A program made the position numbers and the translations under genes. This document shows, one piece after another, positions 11,468-23,562 of a stretch of DNA of 64,000 nt. This DNA is from a virus. Below the pieces are notes generated by a model. It saw nothing but the letters and a program-made list of their open reading frames with translations, was not told where the DNA came from and did no database searches. Numbering within the stretch: the first letter of the stretch is position 1; every line of letters begins with the position of its first letter. The DNA is taken from IMG/VR virus record IMGVR_UViG_3300045988_174698. The stretch is one strand, 5' to 3'.

Positions 11468-12619
11468 TTACGGTATTAATACAGTTATTCCTGGAAACTT
11501 CTGAGATTTATTCCCATCAGATGTAATAATCCAGATTAAGTTTTTACAAGTTGAAAATGTAAATTTAGATAAGTAACCATCAGTAAATATCACACAAGAA
11601 CTAAATTCTTTGTGTTCTTTATAGAAGTCTAGAGCTGGGCAAACATCAGTACCTCCACGACCAATAAATTCAAATTTACTTTTTTTATCATATTTACATA
11701 TCTTAGTGATATTAGTATCACACTCTATAATTGTTATATCTACACCTGTTTTATATATATGATTAACTTCAGATATAAAATTAGAAAAGTCATTCATATT
11801 TATAGAACCTGAAGTATCAATAACAACACATATGTTTGGTTTTCTTTTTAAACGAGTTCCTCTAGCATCAGGTAATCTTTTTGAAGGTCTCATCCTAGTT
11901 AATTGTAGATCACTACTAATAGAATCTCCAACTACTCGTCTAAAATAGTTTCTCCAGTTAAAAACTGGAGGATTATTTCTTATTTTTTCAAGTATTTCTT
12001 TTAATTCTCCAGGTATGTGGCCTACTTGTTTATTAACAAGAGCTTCTGTTTCTTTTAACTTAGACTTTACTTGATTTTCATATAATTTACGTTCGGCTTC
12101 CGATATATCTTTAGGCCACATATCATGATTATCTATACTTTTAAAGTCGGCTAATCCTTCAGTACCAGGGATACATTTTTCAGGGTGTTCTTTAACAAAC
12201 TTTTGTATTTCATTATAATAATACCACGCCCCTCTATTGGGCTCTAGGTTCTTTCCAATTAACTTAGAAAGATTCTGTAAAGTAACACACCCATCAGGCA
12301 ATCCTGTAACTATTTGGTTCACAACTACATCTGTTGCTATATTCATATTATCATGATTATCTGCTTTGAAATCATCAGTAAGATGAAATAAACATATGTG
12401 TACTAACTCATGGGTGAGCACAGCAATACATTCAGTATCAGTAAGGTTATTCCAAAATGTTTCATTTACATATAATGTAAAATTGATACCATTAGGACCT
12501 ACAGCAGCTGTTTTTACAGGATGATTATCACTAACAATCTCCTTGCGTAGATTTAGCAAGAAAAGTCCATAAAAAGGTTGCTGAATAAGAAGCTCTTTAC
12601 ATGCTTTAATTAATTGCAT
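11468..12619 (-). CDS. VWA-domain protein with N-terminal HExxH putative metallopeptidase domain (MoxR partner)
   Basis: HELVHICLFH is an HExxH motif. The C-terminal segment VVIDTSGSINM is a MIDAS DxSGS motif. The gene sits directly upstream of the MoxR ATPase. Confidence 0.65.
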   Translation of the reverse strand: MQLIKACKELLIQQPFYGLFLLNLRKEIVSDNHPVKTAAVGPNGINFTLYVNETFWNNLTDTECIAVLTHELVHICLFHLTDDFKADNHDNMNIATDVVVNQIVTGLPDGCVTLQNLSKLIGKNLEPNRGAWYYYNEIQKFVKEHPEKCIPGTEGLADFKSIDNHDMWPKDISEAERKLYENQVKSKLKETEALVNKQVGHIPGELKEILEKIRNNPPVFNWRNYFRRVVGDSISSDLQLTRMRPSKRLPDARGTRLKRKPNICVVIDTSGSINMNDFSNFISEVNHIYKTGVDITIIECDTNITKICKYDKKSKFEFIGRGGTDVCPALDFYKEHKEFSSCVIFTDGYLSKFTFSTCKNLIWIITSDGNKSQKFPGITVLIP

Positions 12620-12790
12620 ATTCTATTTCATCTTTATTAAGCCAACGTTTAAATGTTAATCTAACAACGCCTTTTATAGGTGCATCTAACATTTTATAGT
12701 CAGCATTACATTCATAAAAAATCCTAGGATTGTTGGTATCATAAGTCCAACAAATCCCAGGATATTCGTTAGTTAAACAATATTTTCTCA

Positions 12791-13375
12791 TTAGTGTTGT
12801 TTACAATATATTACGCCTTGATAACGGCTATTAAAGCAAAGATTACATTTTCTGCAATCTCCTTTACATCTTACAGCATTATTTGGTAAATTATTAAATT
12901 GAAACTTATCTACACAGAAAAACCAACGGTGTGCTTTAATATTTGGAGAAGAAGAATTTACTATAAAGTGAACTCCGCTAAAATTTAAGTCCTCTCTACA
13001 GGTATAACAATATGTTTTAATTCCAAAAACTTTATATAACCATCGTCCAATATTAGATCACCTGTCAACAGACTGTTGATCTGGAAAATCACCCGCTTCA
13101 TTAAGTCTAACGTATTTAATCTTAACAGGAGCATTTAATATATAATACATTAGCATGTCCTTAAGATCTTTATCATCCCACAAATACATGTATGACTCAA
13201 TCAATGTGTTTTTGTGCAAGTATGCTTTATATATACGTTCACATTTTTTAGCATAACATACTTTACTACATCTACAGAAGCCTAATCTTTCCGAAGGACA
13301 ATGTACTGCAGATGTAATATTTACTATGAGTGTTTCTTTTGGTAATTTGGCATTCCCATATGAAAATACTTGCAT
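12791..13375 (-). CDS. Cys-rich hypothetical protein (one TGA)
   Basis: ORF 13058..13375 continues through the TGA at 13058-13060 to a TAA at 12791. Confidence 0.4.
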
Positions 13376-13403
13376 ATTACCTAAGCCTCATCGCTCTTGA
13401 AAT

Positions 13404-13859
13404 TTAATAATATTCGTATTCATCATAGTTTTCATTATAATAGTCTTCATCTCCAGTATCATCTCCTATAGGATTATTAAACCCATATTTAACGGAAGTT
13501 GCTTTGAAAAGAGGTAATCCATAGTAGGCATAATTATCATTAGACCAATTTTCCAAACCTTCTTCAAGGATCCAGTTCCACATCTGCACCACCTCAAACA
13601 TTAGACTCGAAGAAATGCCTCTTTTATCTAAGGCTTTCTCAAAACCAAAAGCAACATCTTCTTTAAGCTGCTTCAGTACATTCTCTCTGGTAAAAGGAAT
13701 AGTCTTTTTATCCCATTCTTCCTTAGTTACGTTATCTTGAAGAGTTAGACCACAAAAAGGAAACATTTCAAAGGGAATGAATTCTGCAAGTCTATATAAA
13801 TCTCTTCCATCTATCGTAGGACTTTTATATGCTACTTTAATCTGTTCAAGTGTTTTCAT
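13404..13859 (-). CDS. Hypothetical protein with acidic C-terminus
   Basis: ORF track only. Confidence 0.35.
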   Translation of the reverse strand: MKTLEQIKVAYKSPTIDGRDLYRLAEFIPFEMFPFCGLTLQDNVTKEEWDKKTIPFTRENVLKQLKEDVAFGFEKALDKRGISSSLMFEVVQMWNWILEEGLENWSNDNYAYYGLPLFKATSVKYGFNNPIGDDTGDEDYYNENYDEYEYY

Positions 13860-14154
13860 CTTCTATATGTTATATTTTAGCTGTCATCTTTAGATAATTT
13901 GATGTTAGTACTTGATAATATATCTTCTTTATCTTTTGTTAAGTTTAAATTTACCACAACGTAAAGAACCACTAAGCCCTAAATCTAAACTACCATAAAC
14001 ATAAGATTTATAGAAACTTCCATATGGGTTAGCCTCAAGACTCCAATCCTCTAAAGCTCCAATCTGATACATAATACTATCTATATTATCAATAGGAATC
14101 ATCGGTAAATCTAATTCTCTATTACTAGAATTGAGAAATTCTTCTATTAGTTGT

Positions 14155-15069
14155 TTAATCGTTTCCATCTAATAAGTTTCTTTTAATAAACTCTTCTTTT
14201 AAAGGAATAGCTAGTTCCTGAGCCTGAGGATGAGCTGCTTTATCAGTTCTAAGTTTAAAGAATCCTCTCCACTGTTCAATAGTACCAGTCATAATTAATT
14301 CTGTTTTTGTGCACAATGGAAGAATTTCTCTAGCCTCTTGAGCTTTACAACCTCTGTTAATAAGAGCTTTATAATTCACTTCAGCTGATTCACACTGAGA
14401 TAAGAAAATGTCAACAGAGTCTCCTTCAAAATGTTTTAGTATGGTATTGGGAATATTATTTTTATCTGCAGCATCTACCCAATCGTTATCCCAATATTGA
14501 TATCTAGCCTCCTTTAAATCAGTCCAATAAGGAATAATAAACGTAAGTTCGTTATTAAATTTATCGGAATTGTAATTGCAATATCTTGTTGATTGTTCCG
14601 CAAATGATAACACGCGATGGCGACAAAACTCACGACTTATAGAAATTGGAAGAATAAACTTTACTGTAATTCGTTTTTCATGATATTCAGTAGGTTCACA
14701 GAGATGTTTTAAATCGTCAAGCCAGCCATTTTCATATAAAACTCTGTAATTAGTTGTGATATGATAATTACCATAAGAATCTGTATTAATAACTGAGTAA
14801 GAATTAGAAAGGTATTGTTTAATTACCCAATTATCACCTATTATATTGGAAGCATGATCCTTATGAATATAAAGATATACAGTGCCATGTTCAAGCATTG
14901 CGGTATGCTGTCTATCCTTAATCATATTAACAAACTTCTCTGCAGAATCTTCTGTAATACGATCCTCTGACTTATAACATGTTCTTCCTGCTCTTTCAAT
15001 TTGTTTATATATTCCTTGAATACCTGGCTCTTGTTCTAAAATTTCAAAACTACTTTTAATAAGTTTCAT
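14155..15069 (-). CDS. thyX: Flavin-dependent thymidylate synthase
   Basis: The ThyX signature RHRxxSxxxxSxR is present as FCRHRVLSFAEQSTRY. Confidence 0.8.
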   Translation of the reverse strand: MKLIKSSFEILEQEPGIQGIYKQIERAGRTCYKSEDRITEDSAEKFVNMIKDRQHTAMLEHGTVYLYIHKDHASNIIGDNWVIKQYLSNSYSVINTDSYGNYHITTNYRVLYENGWLDDLKHLCEPTEYHEKRITVKFILPISISREFCRHRVLSFAEQSTRYCNYNSDKFNNELTFIIPYWTDLKEARYQYWDNDWVDAADKNNIPNTILKHFEGDSVDIFLSQCESAEVNYKALINRGCKAQEAREILPLCTKTELIMTGTIEQWRGFFKLRTDKAAHPQAQELAIPLKEEFIKRNLLDGND

Positions 15070-15077
15070 ATAATTAT

Positions 15078-15374
15078 TTATTCTTTTTGTTTATAAGTTA
15101 TAGTTGGAATTGCAATAAATTCTGAAACAAAACAGGGTTTATCAATATCTTTCCAACTATTCTCCTCACTATATAATTTAGAAGGCCCAGTTATACCAAT
15201 ATATCCGTTCTCACACTCATATACATCTGTTGAGATTTCATACCATCTATGTTCATCTATATACAGATTACTAGCAACCTTTTTAATTCTATTATTGATA
15301 AATTCTTCAGCACTATATAATGAATATAGAGGATAATTATCCCTTATTAAGTTTACTGCTTCATTAACTTTCAT
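15078..15374 (-). CDS. Small hypothetical protein, tandem paralog A
   Basis: Clear similarity to the adjacent ORF (YECENGYIGITG vs YQCEDGFVAITG; AIPTITY vs EIPTVMY). Confidence 0.4.
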   Translation of the reverse strand: MKVNEAVNLIRDNYPLYSLYSAEEFINNRIKKVASNLYIDEHRWYEISTDVYECENGYIGITGPSKLYSEENSWKDIDKPCFVSEFIAIPTITYKQKE

Positions 15375-15673
15375 TATCGACGATATTTTGGAGCATACAT
15401 TACAGTAGGAATTTCAATATATTCTTCTGCAAATGCTGCTATATTAAATTCCTCATAATCTTTCTTTTTTATATTATTCTTAAGACCTGTAATTGCAACA
15501 AACCCGTCTTCACATTGATAAATATTTGTTACTATATTAAAATATTTATGCTTTGTAATATTATAGTTCTCAACTACAATATCATCCTTATATAAACCTA
15601 CAGCTCTAGTTGCTTCAATTAAGGAATAATAATCAGTATTACTAATTATGGATATAACTTCTTTTACTTTCAT
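15374..15673 (-). CDS. Small hypothetical protein, tandem paralog B
   Basis: As above. Confidence 0.4.
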   Translation of the reverse strand: MKVKEVISIISNTDYYSLIEATRAVGLYKDDIVVENYNITKHKYFNIVTNIYQCEDGFVAITGLKNNIKKKDYEEFNIAAFAEEYIEIPTVMYAPKYRR

Positions 15674-15869
15674 TTTATTATATATTATATTTTAATAATT
15701 TTATCACAACTTTTCAAGTGAACTTTTCCACTAAGATCATATTTTAATTTGATTCTTTCTGCAGTAAATCCTATAACTTCTGCTTTTACAAACCAAGATG
15801 AAGTTCGTGATCGCTCAATACAAATAACTTGATCTCCAATTGCTAATATGTTACCTAACCAATCTTTCA

Positions 15870-16328
15870 TTATGTATTCATTTTATAAAACATTTGTATC
15901 TTTTCTTTCAAATCATATAGTATTGCTTTTTCCTGAACAGTATTTACAAATAGTTCGTACATATTATACTTTTCATCATTATATATTAACAACATATCAT
16001 TAATACTTACATCAATATAATTACCTCCTATATAATATCGTAATTTAAAATTAATATATGAATTATTACATTCATACTTAATATCTGTATAACATTCTGA
16101 AGCAATATTTAATAAATTATTAATAAAGTTCTTTGTATAAGATACAACCATTCTATTTGTAATTGGAATCCTACTCTTTGTTCGGTCTTCAATATTTCTA
16201 ATAACATCATTTACAACACTATCCCTTGCTATTATTGTAGCTTGATCTGATTCAATTTTACAAGTTCGAGATTGAAGATTAGAAACAAACAGTTGAATTT
16301 CTTTTAAAGTTAAATTTTCATCATTCAT
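15870..16328 (-). CDS. Hypothetical protein
   Basis: ORF track only. Confidence 0.35.
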   Translation of the reverse strand: MNDENLTLKEIQLFVSNLQSRTCKIESDQATIIARDSVVNDVIRNIEDRTKSRIPITNRMVVSYTKNFINNLLNIASECYTDIKYECNNSYINFKLRYYIGGNYIDVSINDMLLIYNDEKYNMYELFVNTVQEKAILYDLKEKIQMFYKMNT

Positions 16329-18662
16329 TAAAATAATTTTAATTGTTTATGCTTAAACATACATACGATTTTTTGTGCTGCAGCTATATAAAAAGAATAA
16401 TTAATATTAGATGGTAATTCATCAGATTTATTAATAGTATTCAAAATTGTTACGCCAGAGTCAGTTAATAGTTTAATATAGTTATATCGTCTACCATTAG
16501 AATCTATTTTACATTTATATAGCCATGGACCATCAGTAGATATATAATATCGGTTAATACGTTGAATTAACTGACCATCATATTCTACAGAATAATCTTT
16601 ACTAACTTTTTGATAAGTTATAAACTTATTAATATCCTTACAAGCATAAATAGTATCTGCAACAGGAATTCCATCTGCTAAACATTTATTAATAGCTTCG
16701 GGAATAATAACTGCATCCATACCTTTGCCAAGTTTTACCTTGTCGATAAACATACCTTTTGTCTTTAAAAGACTTGGATCTTTTGTTTCAGAATAACCTT
16801 CCTTAATTGCAAGATAGTCATTAATAGCAAACTGATACATTGCTTCAAATCTATCCTCTTCAAGAGTAAGTTTAGTTAAGATTTCCCAATTCTTGCAAAT
16901 TTCTTGTACATTGGTATATTTGTTTCGTTTTAATAGTACAAATAATCCATCAGTATTAGCTTGAATTATTCTACAACCTGCTTGAACTAATTTCTCCGCT
17001 AACATTAATAACATCAATTGTCCATTAATTCTAATTTGCATAACAGCATATGGAGAATAACAAAAATTATGTTCATTTTGTAGATTACCAGACAAACCGT
17101 TTAAAGCAAGTTTTAGAGTTTCATTCTTAACTTTATTTCCATTATGTTTAGCTTCTAATCGTTCATCTCGAATTTGAGAGTAAACTTCAAGGAATTCTTT
17201 ACCAAGATGTTTTGGATAAAATCCATATTGTATAATAATGCTAGGATATAGTGCATATCCATTTTAATTTTCGACTATATCTTAATTTTTATATCTAATT
17301 TGTTCTGAATTTAATTCAATGTAGTGTCATTTAAAGCCTTTATATGAAGCTTTTGTACCTTGACAACAACAATAAATGGATATAACCAAATTAAATTTAT
17401 AAAAATTCGCGGCGTTTCGAATAAAACCTTATAAAGTTTTATCCTACTCTCTTTCGAGATAGTCTGTGAACCTTGATCCTATAAGGATCCTTGGCTGCGG
17501 ATTATAATACTTATTAAGTTTTTACTTTCTCATAAGCGTTATCTTATGTGCTACACTATGTATTACTACTAGCTGCAGTATTAATAAGTTAAATTAAGTT
17601 CCCGCAATTAACCGCGTTTTACTTGCGCCACTATATTAACGCAACATCTATATCAATAAGCATTTCATCTTTTGTAGGTATAATTTCCTCAGGTTTATTA
17701 ACACTATGAATACCTCCAACTCCAACAGTATATTCTAATTCATCAAATATAAAATGTTTCTCATATCCTTTACGTCCAGGAGAAACTGTTTGCTTTTTCA
17801 TATCAGCTAATACACTTTTAAGTATAGGTGATTCAAACTCAATAAAAGGTAAAATAACCTCATTTAATGGAATTAAATCGCAAGGTGACCTCAAATCTTT
17901 AATTTGATTTCAGGTTTGTCCTGTTTTTTCAAGATACTTTTGAGTAATAATTTTCATTCCAATATTAACTCCATCTTTATTAAGTACCTTTACTCCATAC
18001 TCATCTTCAATAGCTATACGTAAATCAATATCCTTTTTACATCTATTTAATAATTCCTCAGTAGAATCAACATCATTAATATTATATTCTATCATTTTAG
18101 GAATTTCAGATACAGGAAGATAATCTTGGAAATCGCCTTCATATTCTTGAACATTTCGAAACTGCATAGTTACTTGCATCTCCTTTAACCCTACTCTCAA
18201 CTTTTGAGAATAAAGCATAGTTAACAAGTCTAATGTTTCAAAATAAATTTTATATTTCCACTTTGTTCAAGAACTAAAATTAGTATCAGTAGATTGAATT
18301 ATTAAATTACTAAGTTTAAATAAAGATGCGCATATCTCTGAATACGACATCTTTAACATTACTTTATGAAAATCAATAATATAATTAATAATAGGATTAT
18401 CATAATGAATATTATTGTATCCACAAAATATTTTATCTGTTTTAAACTGTAAGTTTGTAGTATAGTTTCTTTCTCAAATACCAATTTGAGATTGATTTCT
18501 AACAGTTCAAAATAAATCTACTAACTCTTGTAAATTATTCTTACGTTCAGATATTTCAAAAAATAAGCGTTCTCCTGTTTCTGTATTTTTTACAACACAG
18601 TGAAACACATTAGGAAATATTTCAATATCATAAACGTATACAGTTTTATTTCTAATTAACAT
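16328..18662 (-). CDS. Family B DNA polymerase (with 3'-5' exonuclease), split by a group I intron; exon 1 ~18662..17643, exon 2 ~17261..16328
   Basis: Exo I is VYVYDIEIF and Exo II is GYNNIHYDNPII. Motif A is split: the 5' exon ends ...DIDVA(L) and the 3' exon resumes (GYA)LYPSIII. Motif B-like KLALNGLSGN and motif C-like IIQANTDGLFV follow. The exons are in different frames and separated by a structured non-coding RNA. Confidence 0.65.
17262..17642 (-). mobile_element. ORF-less group I intron (Tetrahymena-like core) in DNA polymerase motif A; boundaries are approximate
   Basis: The minus-strand RNA contains AATTGCGGGAA (P), AATCCGCAGCCAAGGATCC (Q), GGTTCACAGACTATC (R) and TTAAGATATAGTCG (S), in that order. 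Confidence 0.7.
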
Positions 18663-19390
18663 TATACCTCATCATATGTAATTCTAAATATTTCAGGTTT
18701 GCAAGGATAAAATTCATTCCTAACTCCTCTGATAATATAATCTCCAACTGAAGCTTTCATTATACCTTCAAGAGTTGGAATTCCAAGCGAATAATCATTT
18801 TCTTCTTGTGTATTGTTATAACGCAAAAGTTGATTTCCGACAAACTCTTCAACTTCTTCAACATTATTTCCAATATACTGAATAGCCTCTATTTCTACAG
18901 GTTTTTTTCTATATTTCTTTATCATTTATAACGGTATATATTTTATTAAAATCATCTTCATTAATCCAAAATCTGTATCCGTTCCAGTTGCAATAAAAAC
19001 CATTTACTCTTTTATTCTCAGTATGCTGAACTTGCATTTTTAATATTTGATGATTATAATCAAATTTTGTCATTGGCTGAACTTCAACTTCGAGGTTTTT
19101 AACTTTTGCTTTCATTAAAACAAACTGCTAATCATCACACTTAAATATAACAAGTTATCTTGTAAAGCTATATTATTAAGCTCACATAGATTGTTATATA
19201 TCTTTATATAAAGTTTACAAATATTTAACATTTTCCTATTAATTTTAACCAATCTTCCTCTACAAAGTAAGACATTCAACCATATTGATCTAATCAACTC
19301 TCTTCATTAATAAGACAGGCATGTTCATTAAAGTCAGGATGTTCCATTAACTCCTGAGTATACGGTCATTCTACAATTACATATTTCACA

Positions 19391-19837
19391 TTATAGCTCA
19401 TCTAATTCTGTTTGTAACATTTCAGGATAATATTTCCGATAAAACATTCGAATTGTATCTTCTCCTACCTGTAAATCCCTATTTTTATCCCTTTTAATAG
19501 CTTCATAGTATGGGATAACTATTTCCTTATATTGAATATTTGCATTGAATTTAGACGCTATTTCTTCCCATTTAGCCTTAGTTTTAGGATTAAGATTAGT
19601 GGCATCAATAACTACATTATATCCATTAGTTAAAGCCTCTTCAATCATTAGTTTTTCATAGATACTAATTAACTTTTCTCTAGAAGGTACCCAATAATCT
19701 CCACACATTAATCTAATATCATCCCGATTTATTCTAATCCAAGTACTCTTATCTTTCACAAATTCTTTTGCAAAATAGGTTTTACCAGATGCTGGAGGTC
19801 CAACAAGTACTAATAATATCTTATTCTCGTCTTTCAT
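19391..19837 (-). CDS. Polynucleotide kinase-like P-loop kinase
   Basis: LLVLVGPPASGKTYFAKEF...INRDDIR resembles the T4 Pnk kinase domain. Confidence 0.5.
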   Translation of the reverse strand: MKDENKILLVLVGPPASGKTYFAKEFVKDKSTWIRINRDDIRLMCGDYWVPSREKLISIYEKLMIEEALTNGYNVVIDATNLNPKTKAKWEEIASKFNANIQYKEIVIPYYEAIKRDKNRDLQVGEDTIRMFYRKYYPEMLQTELDEL

Positions 19838-21074
19838 TACACTCTTTCCACATTTTGTATATAGGCTCAGAAATCGTTATAAAATCTTTAAGAGGATTAA
19901 CAATTTTTCCTTTGAAAACGTCAATTCTATTTACTTTAGATTCTTTGATAATCTGAATTCCCCATAAACATTCTCTGGTAATATCCATATCTATATTAGG
20001 TAAATCCTTATTTATACCTTGTAAATAAGTTACCCTGGCAATAATATATCTTCTAAGTTTAATAATATCAGGTTTTTCATAAATATTTACATATTCTTTA
20101 ATCTTACCTGATTTAGAAAGAATAGAACATACATACGGTAACAAACTACCAGATTTCATTCTTAAAAATCAATCATCTAAGCTAAAGAATGTAACATTAT
20201 CATTTTTAGAAGTTATATTATCTCCAACAACAATATATTCATAACCTTCTTCATAAAAAGAACAAGGAATCTTATATATAAATTTGATATCCTTGTTCTC
20301 TTTTAGTTGCCTTATTTCTTCTTTAGTCATTATACTAATGCATCAAATTCTCCAGGAACTGCTAAAATATCTTCAATATTCTTTTTAACATAATCCTCAA
20401 CCTTTATAGTTACTAAACCTACAACTTTTAATTTAATTTCATCTAGGATGAGGTAGGTAAAAATAATAGTATTACGGTTATCTATTCTTTTATATAGTGA
20501 TAAATAAACATTTGGTATATATTCTTTATTTTCATCTAACATAAGAGAAAATTCTATAGAGTAAACTTTATTTTTTCTTAGAATTATACTCATATCTCTA
20601 TATCTAATATAACCTTCTTCAACAGTTCAGGTGTTTAAAATAGTAAGTATTTGTTCGTTTGTTAACATATTATTCATATATCTATAGTACTTTATTAAGT
20701 TCTTCGGCTCCATATTAAGAATACTACTAACTTAAGTTTATAAGCTTCAATTTTACCAGGATCCATTAACATCTTTACTAGTACTTGATTTCATTTGATA
20801 CTACATCTTTTGGTACACATTTTTTACAATAAGGGCTAATCCAGCCTCTAGTTATATATTTAGCTTTGGCCCCACAACATATACATGTTCTTTCTGAAAG
20901 TTCTTCGTACGTATTAATGATAGGATATTCACAACCATTTGGAGAACCATTAGAATACCAAGCAAGCATCCCAAACTTCTCCTTAATCTGCATAATCCTA
21001 TACTTATATAGGTAATTATGCTTTTTGAGAACTTTCTTCAGATCCTTACACATCTGTATACCAAAAGCTTTCCT

Positions 21075-21686
21075 TCACCCAGTAGGCATATCATCTAGTT
21101 CTGTAGATGTAGGGATAAAACAGATTCTGTTTATAATATTATCCCAAATAAAAATAATAGAATTGTACACTTTCTTATAGAACTTATCTACGCAAATTTT
21201 GAGTGTTTTAAAAGCAAATCCATAATTATACTTTGTTATCTTATTTTTATGAACATGATATATAATATATGGATAATTAGTAAATATATTAGTAGAAGTA
21301 GTTATACCAGTAATAGTAAAGCCCTTTCCAACATGTTTCTGAAGATTAAATTCAAGCGGCGAATCAATGTATGTACTTTCAAATTTTAATATACCAGAAG
21401 GGGTTAAGTTAACATTGAAATTATATTTACCAACATCTCTAATGATAGAATTAAATTCAGTGCATTCTTTAGGGTCTTTATAAAATTTATATGATAAATT
21501 AATTTCAGTATAAGCTTTTTTGTAATATTTATTACTTAATTTCACAAGCCAATTAGGACTTACTTGATGTTTGTCTGTAAATCTATTTCTAGGGTATAAA
21601 AAAGGAAATCTAATACACAAGTAGACACACTTAGGAATTCTAAGTATCCTATTTATTTTATATTTTAATCTATGAAGGTATTTCAT
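21075..21686 (-). CDS. Hypothetical protein
   Basis: ORF track only. Confidence 0.3.
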   Translation of the reverse strand: MKYLHRLKYKINRILRIPKCVYLCIRFPFLYPRNRFTDKHQVSPNWLVKLSNKYYKKAYTEINLSYKFYKDPKECTEFNSIIRDVGKYNFNVNLTPSGILKFESTYIDSPLEFNLQKHVGKGFTITGITTSTNIFTNYPYIIYHVHKNKITKYNYGFAFKTLKICVDKFYKKVYNSIIFIWDNIINRICFIPTSTELDDMPTG

Positions 21687-22173
21687 CTACACATTTTTTA
21701 AAATCTAAAAACATCTTATTCTCCGAATGATTTTCAAGTAATTCATCTAATGATGATGCTACATCTGAAACTAATTCAGAATTAGGGTCAGAAAGGTAAT
21801 CATATAGCTCATTAAATGTAGAGAACTTGTTTTTATCTGAACCTATAGCATACAACCATATTAACTCAGAGTTGTATTCTCCAAAGTATAGTTCCAATAA
21901 AATACATACAGTACCACAAGCTAGTTGTTTTATTTCTATTAAATCTTTAGAGCACTTAGAATCTACAAACCGTGTTTTTTGAATGCATACTATTATAGCT
22001 AACAAATCTTCTCTGTTTAATTTATGTTTCATTATATATCAATTTTATATTTTAAAGTCTTCATAATAAGTAGTTAGGAATAGGCTTATCTGCGGCAGTA
22101 TAATTAAAATATTTAATTATTACTAGCTTTATATCTGATTTCGTCCTTGCAGTATCTCTTAAATAAATTAGTA

Positions 22174-23562
22174 TTAAGTATTATCATCCTTTTGATATAT
22201 AATTAAATCACTTGTAGTACGACTACAGGCTACATATTGTAACTGCCGAAGTTCTTCTTTATTTGTACATCTCCAGATATTCTCCATATCTATCATTACA
22301 ATAGAATATTGAGATGACTGTGATTTATGAGTTGATATACAATATCCATAATCTAGTGATTTACGTTTAATTATCCTATTATCGTATCTTATATCAAAAG
22401 TAGTTAAAAATGATTCTGATAAATCATAATATTTACGCCATAAAGCATTAACTCTTTTTTTATATACATTATTCTTATCAGCATTAACCGTAGATAACCT
22501 AAGTCATTCTAACCTATAAGCTAGATTATTAATATTTTTTTCTGAATTATCTTTAGATAATACTATTACTTTAAAAGTAGAATCATCTGATTTTAACCCT
22601 AATTCCCAAGCATTTAATTCTAAATACTTAGTTTTATTTACTGATGTTATAATATAATCACGAGAATTTTCTATTTTTAATCCTAAATAGTTAGTTGTGT
22701 CATAACCTGTTAGAACTTCTCCAACAACAAATTCTTCTTTATATCCTAAATATTCTCTAATTAATTTATTTAATGCTTTAATTCTATTATTAGTATAAGA
22801 AACTAATTTTATTAAATTAGAATCACTAAAATCTTTAGATATTTTAAATAAATAACTATACTTTTTAAGCATTTGTACAATATTGTTACATACTGTAATA
22901 TTAGAATAATCATCAGAAATGCTTTTAAATTTATATAATGGCTTTTCTCTTAAATAATTTAATACTTTAGATAAACAACTTTCTTTTTGTCTATATATCT
23001 TATTTAGATAAATTGTTCTATTACTAAATGCTTTAGAAGGTTTATTTTCTTTTACAGAATAAAGCTGTTTAGGATCTCCTACAAATACTATCTTTGATGA
23101 CTTATATTCTTTTAATAGTAAATCATATAGATCACTATTAATCATACTACACTCATCTACAATAAGAACATCATATTTATACACTTGATGTGATCTTTTG
23201 AAAGAAGTATCTAAAAATTTAAATTCTAATTGTGAAGCATCAAAATTTAATACATTTAAATTAGGTCTAAGATTTAGTAGAGAATGTATTGTTAAAGCTT
23301 CTCTTCCTTTCATTCCTTTTGATTCTAATACTAATTTTGCCTTATTTGTTGGAGCAATAAAAGCAGTCCAGTATCCGTTATCAGCTAATATGTCATATAA
23401 CATACTAGCAATCATACTTTTAGAAGTTCCCGCTGACCCAGTTAAACAAATGCAGTGTTCATCACTAGTTATAAAAGAAGTCAAATCGGATAATGCTTTT
23501 CTTTGAGCATCGTCCAATCTGACTTTGTATTCTTTTTCTAATTTATTTATATCATAATTCAT
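22174..23562 (-). CDS. Dda/RecD-like SF1 helicase (one TGA at 22504-22506)
   Basis: Walker A is LTGSAGTSKS and Walker B is VLIVDECSM. VFVGDPKQL is present. The C-terminal extension after the TGA contains GYCISTHKSQSSQY (motif VI). Stop at 22174-22176. Confidence 0.7.
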
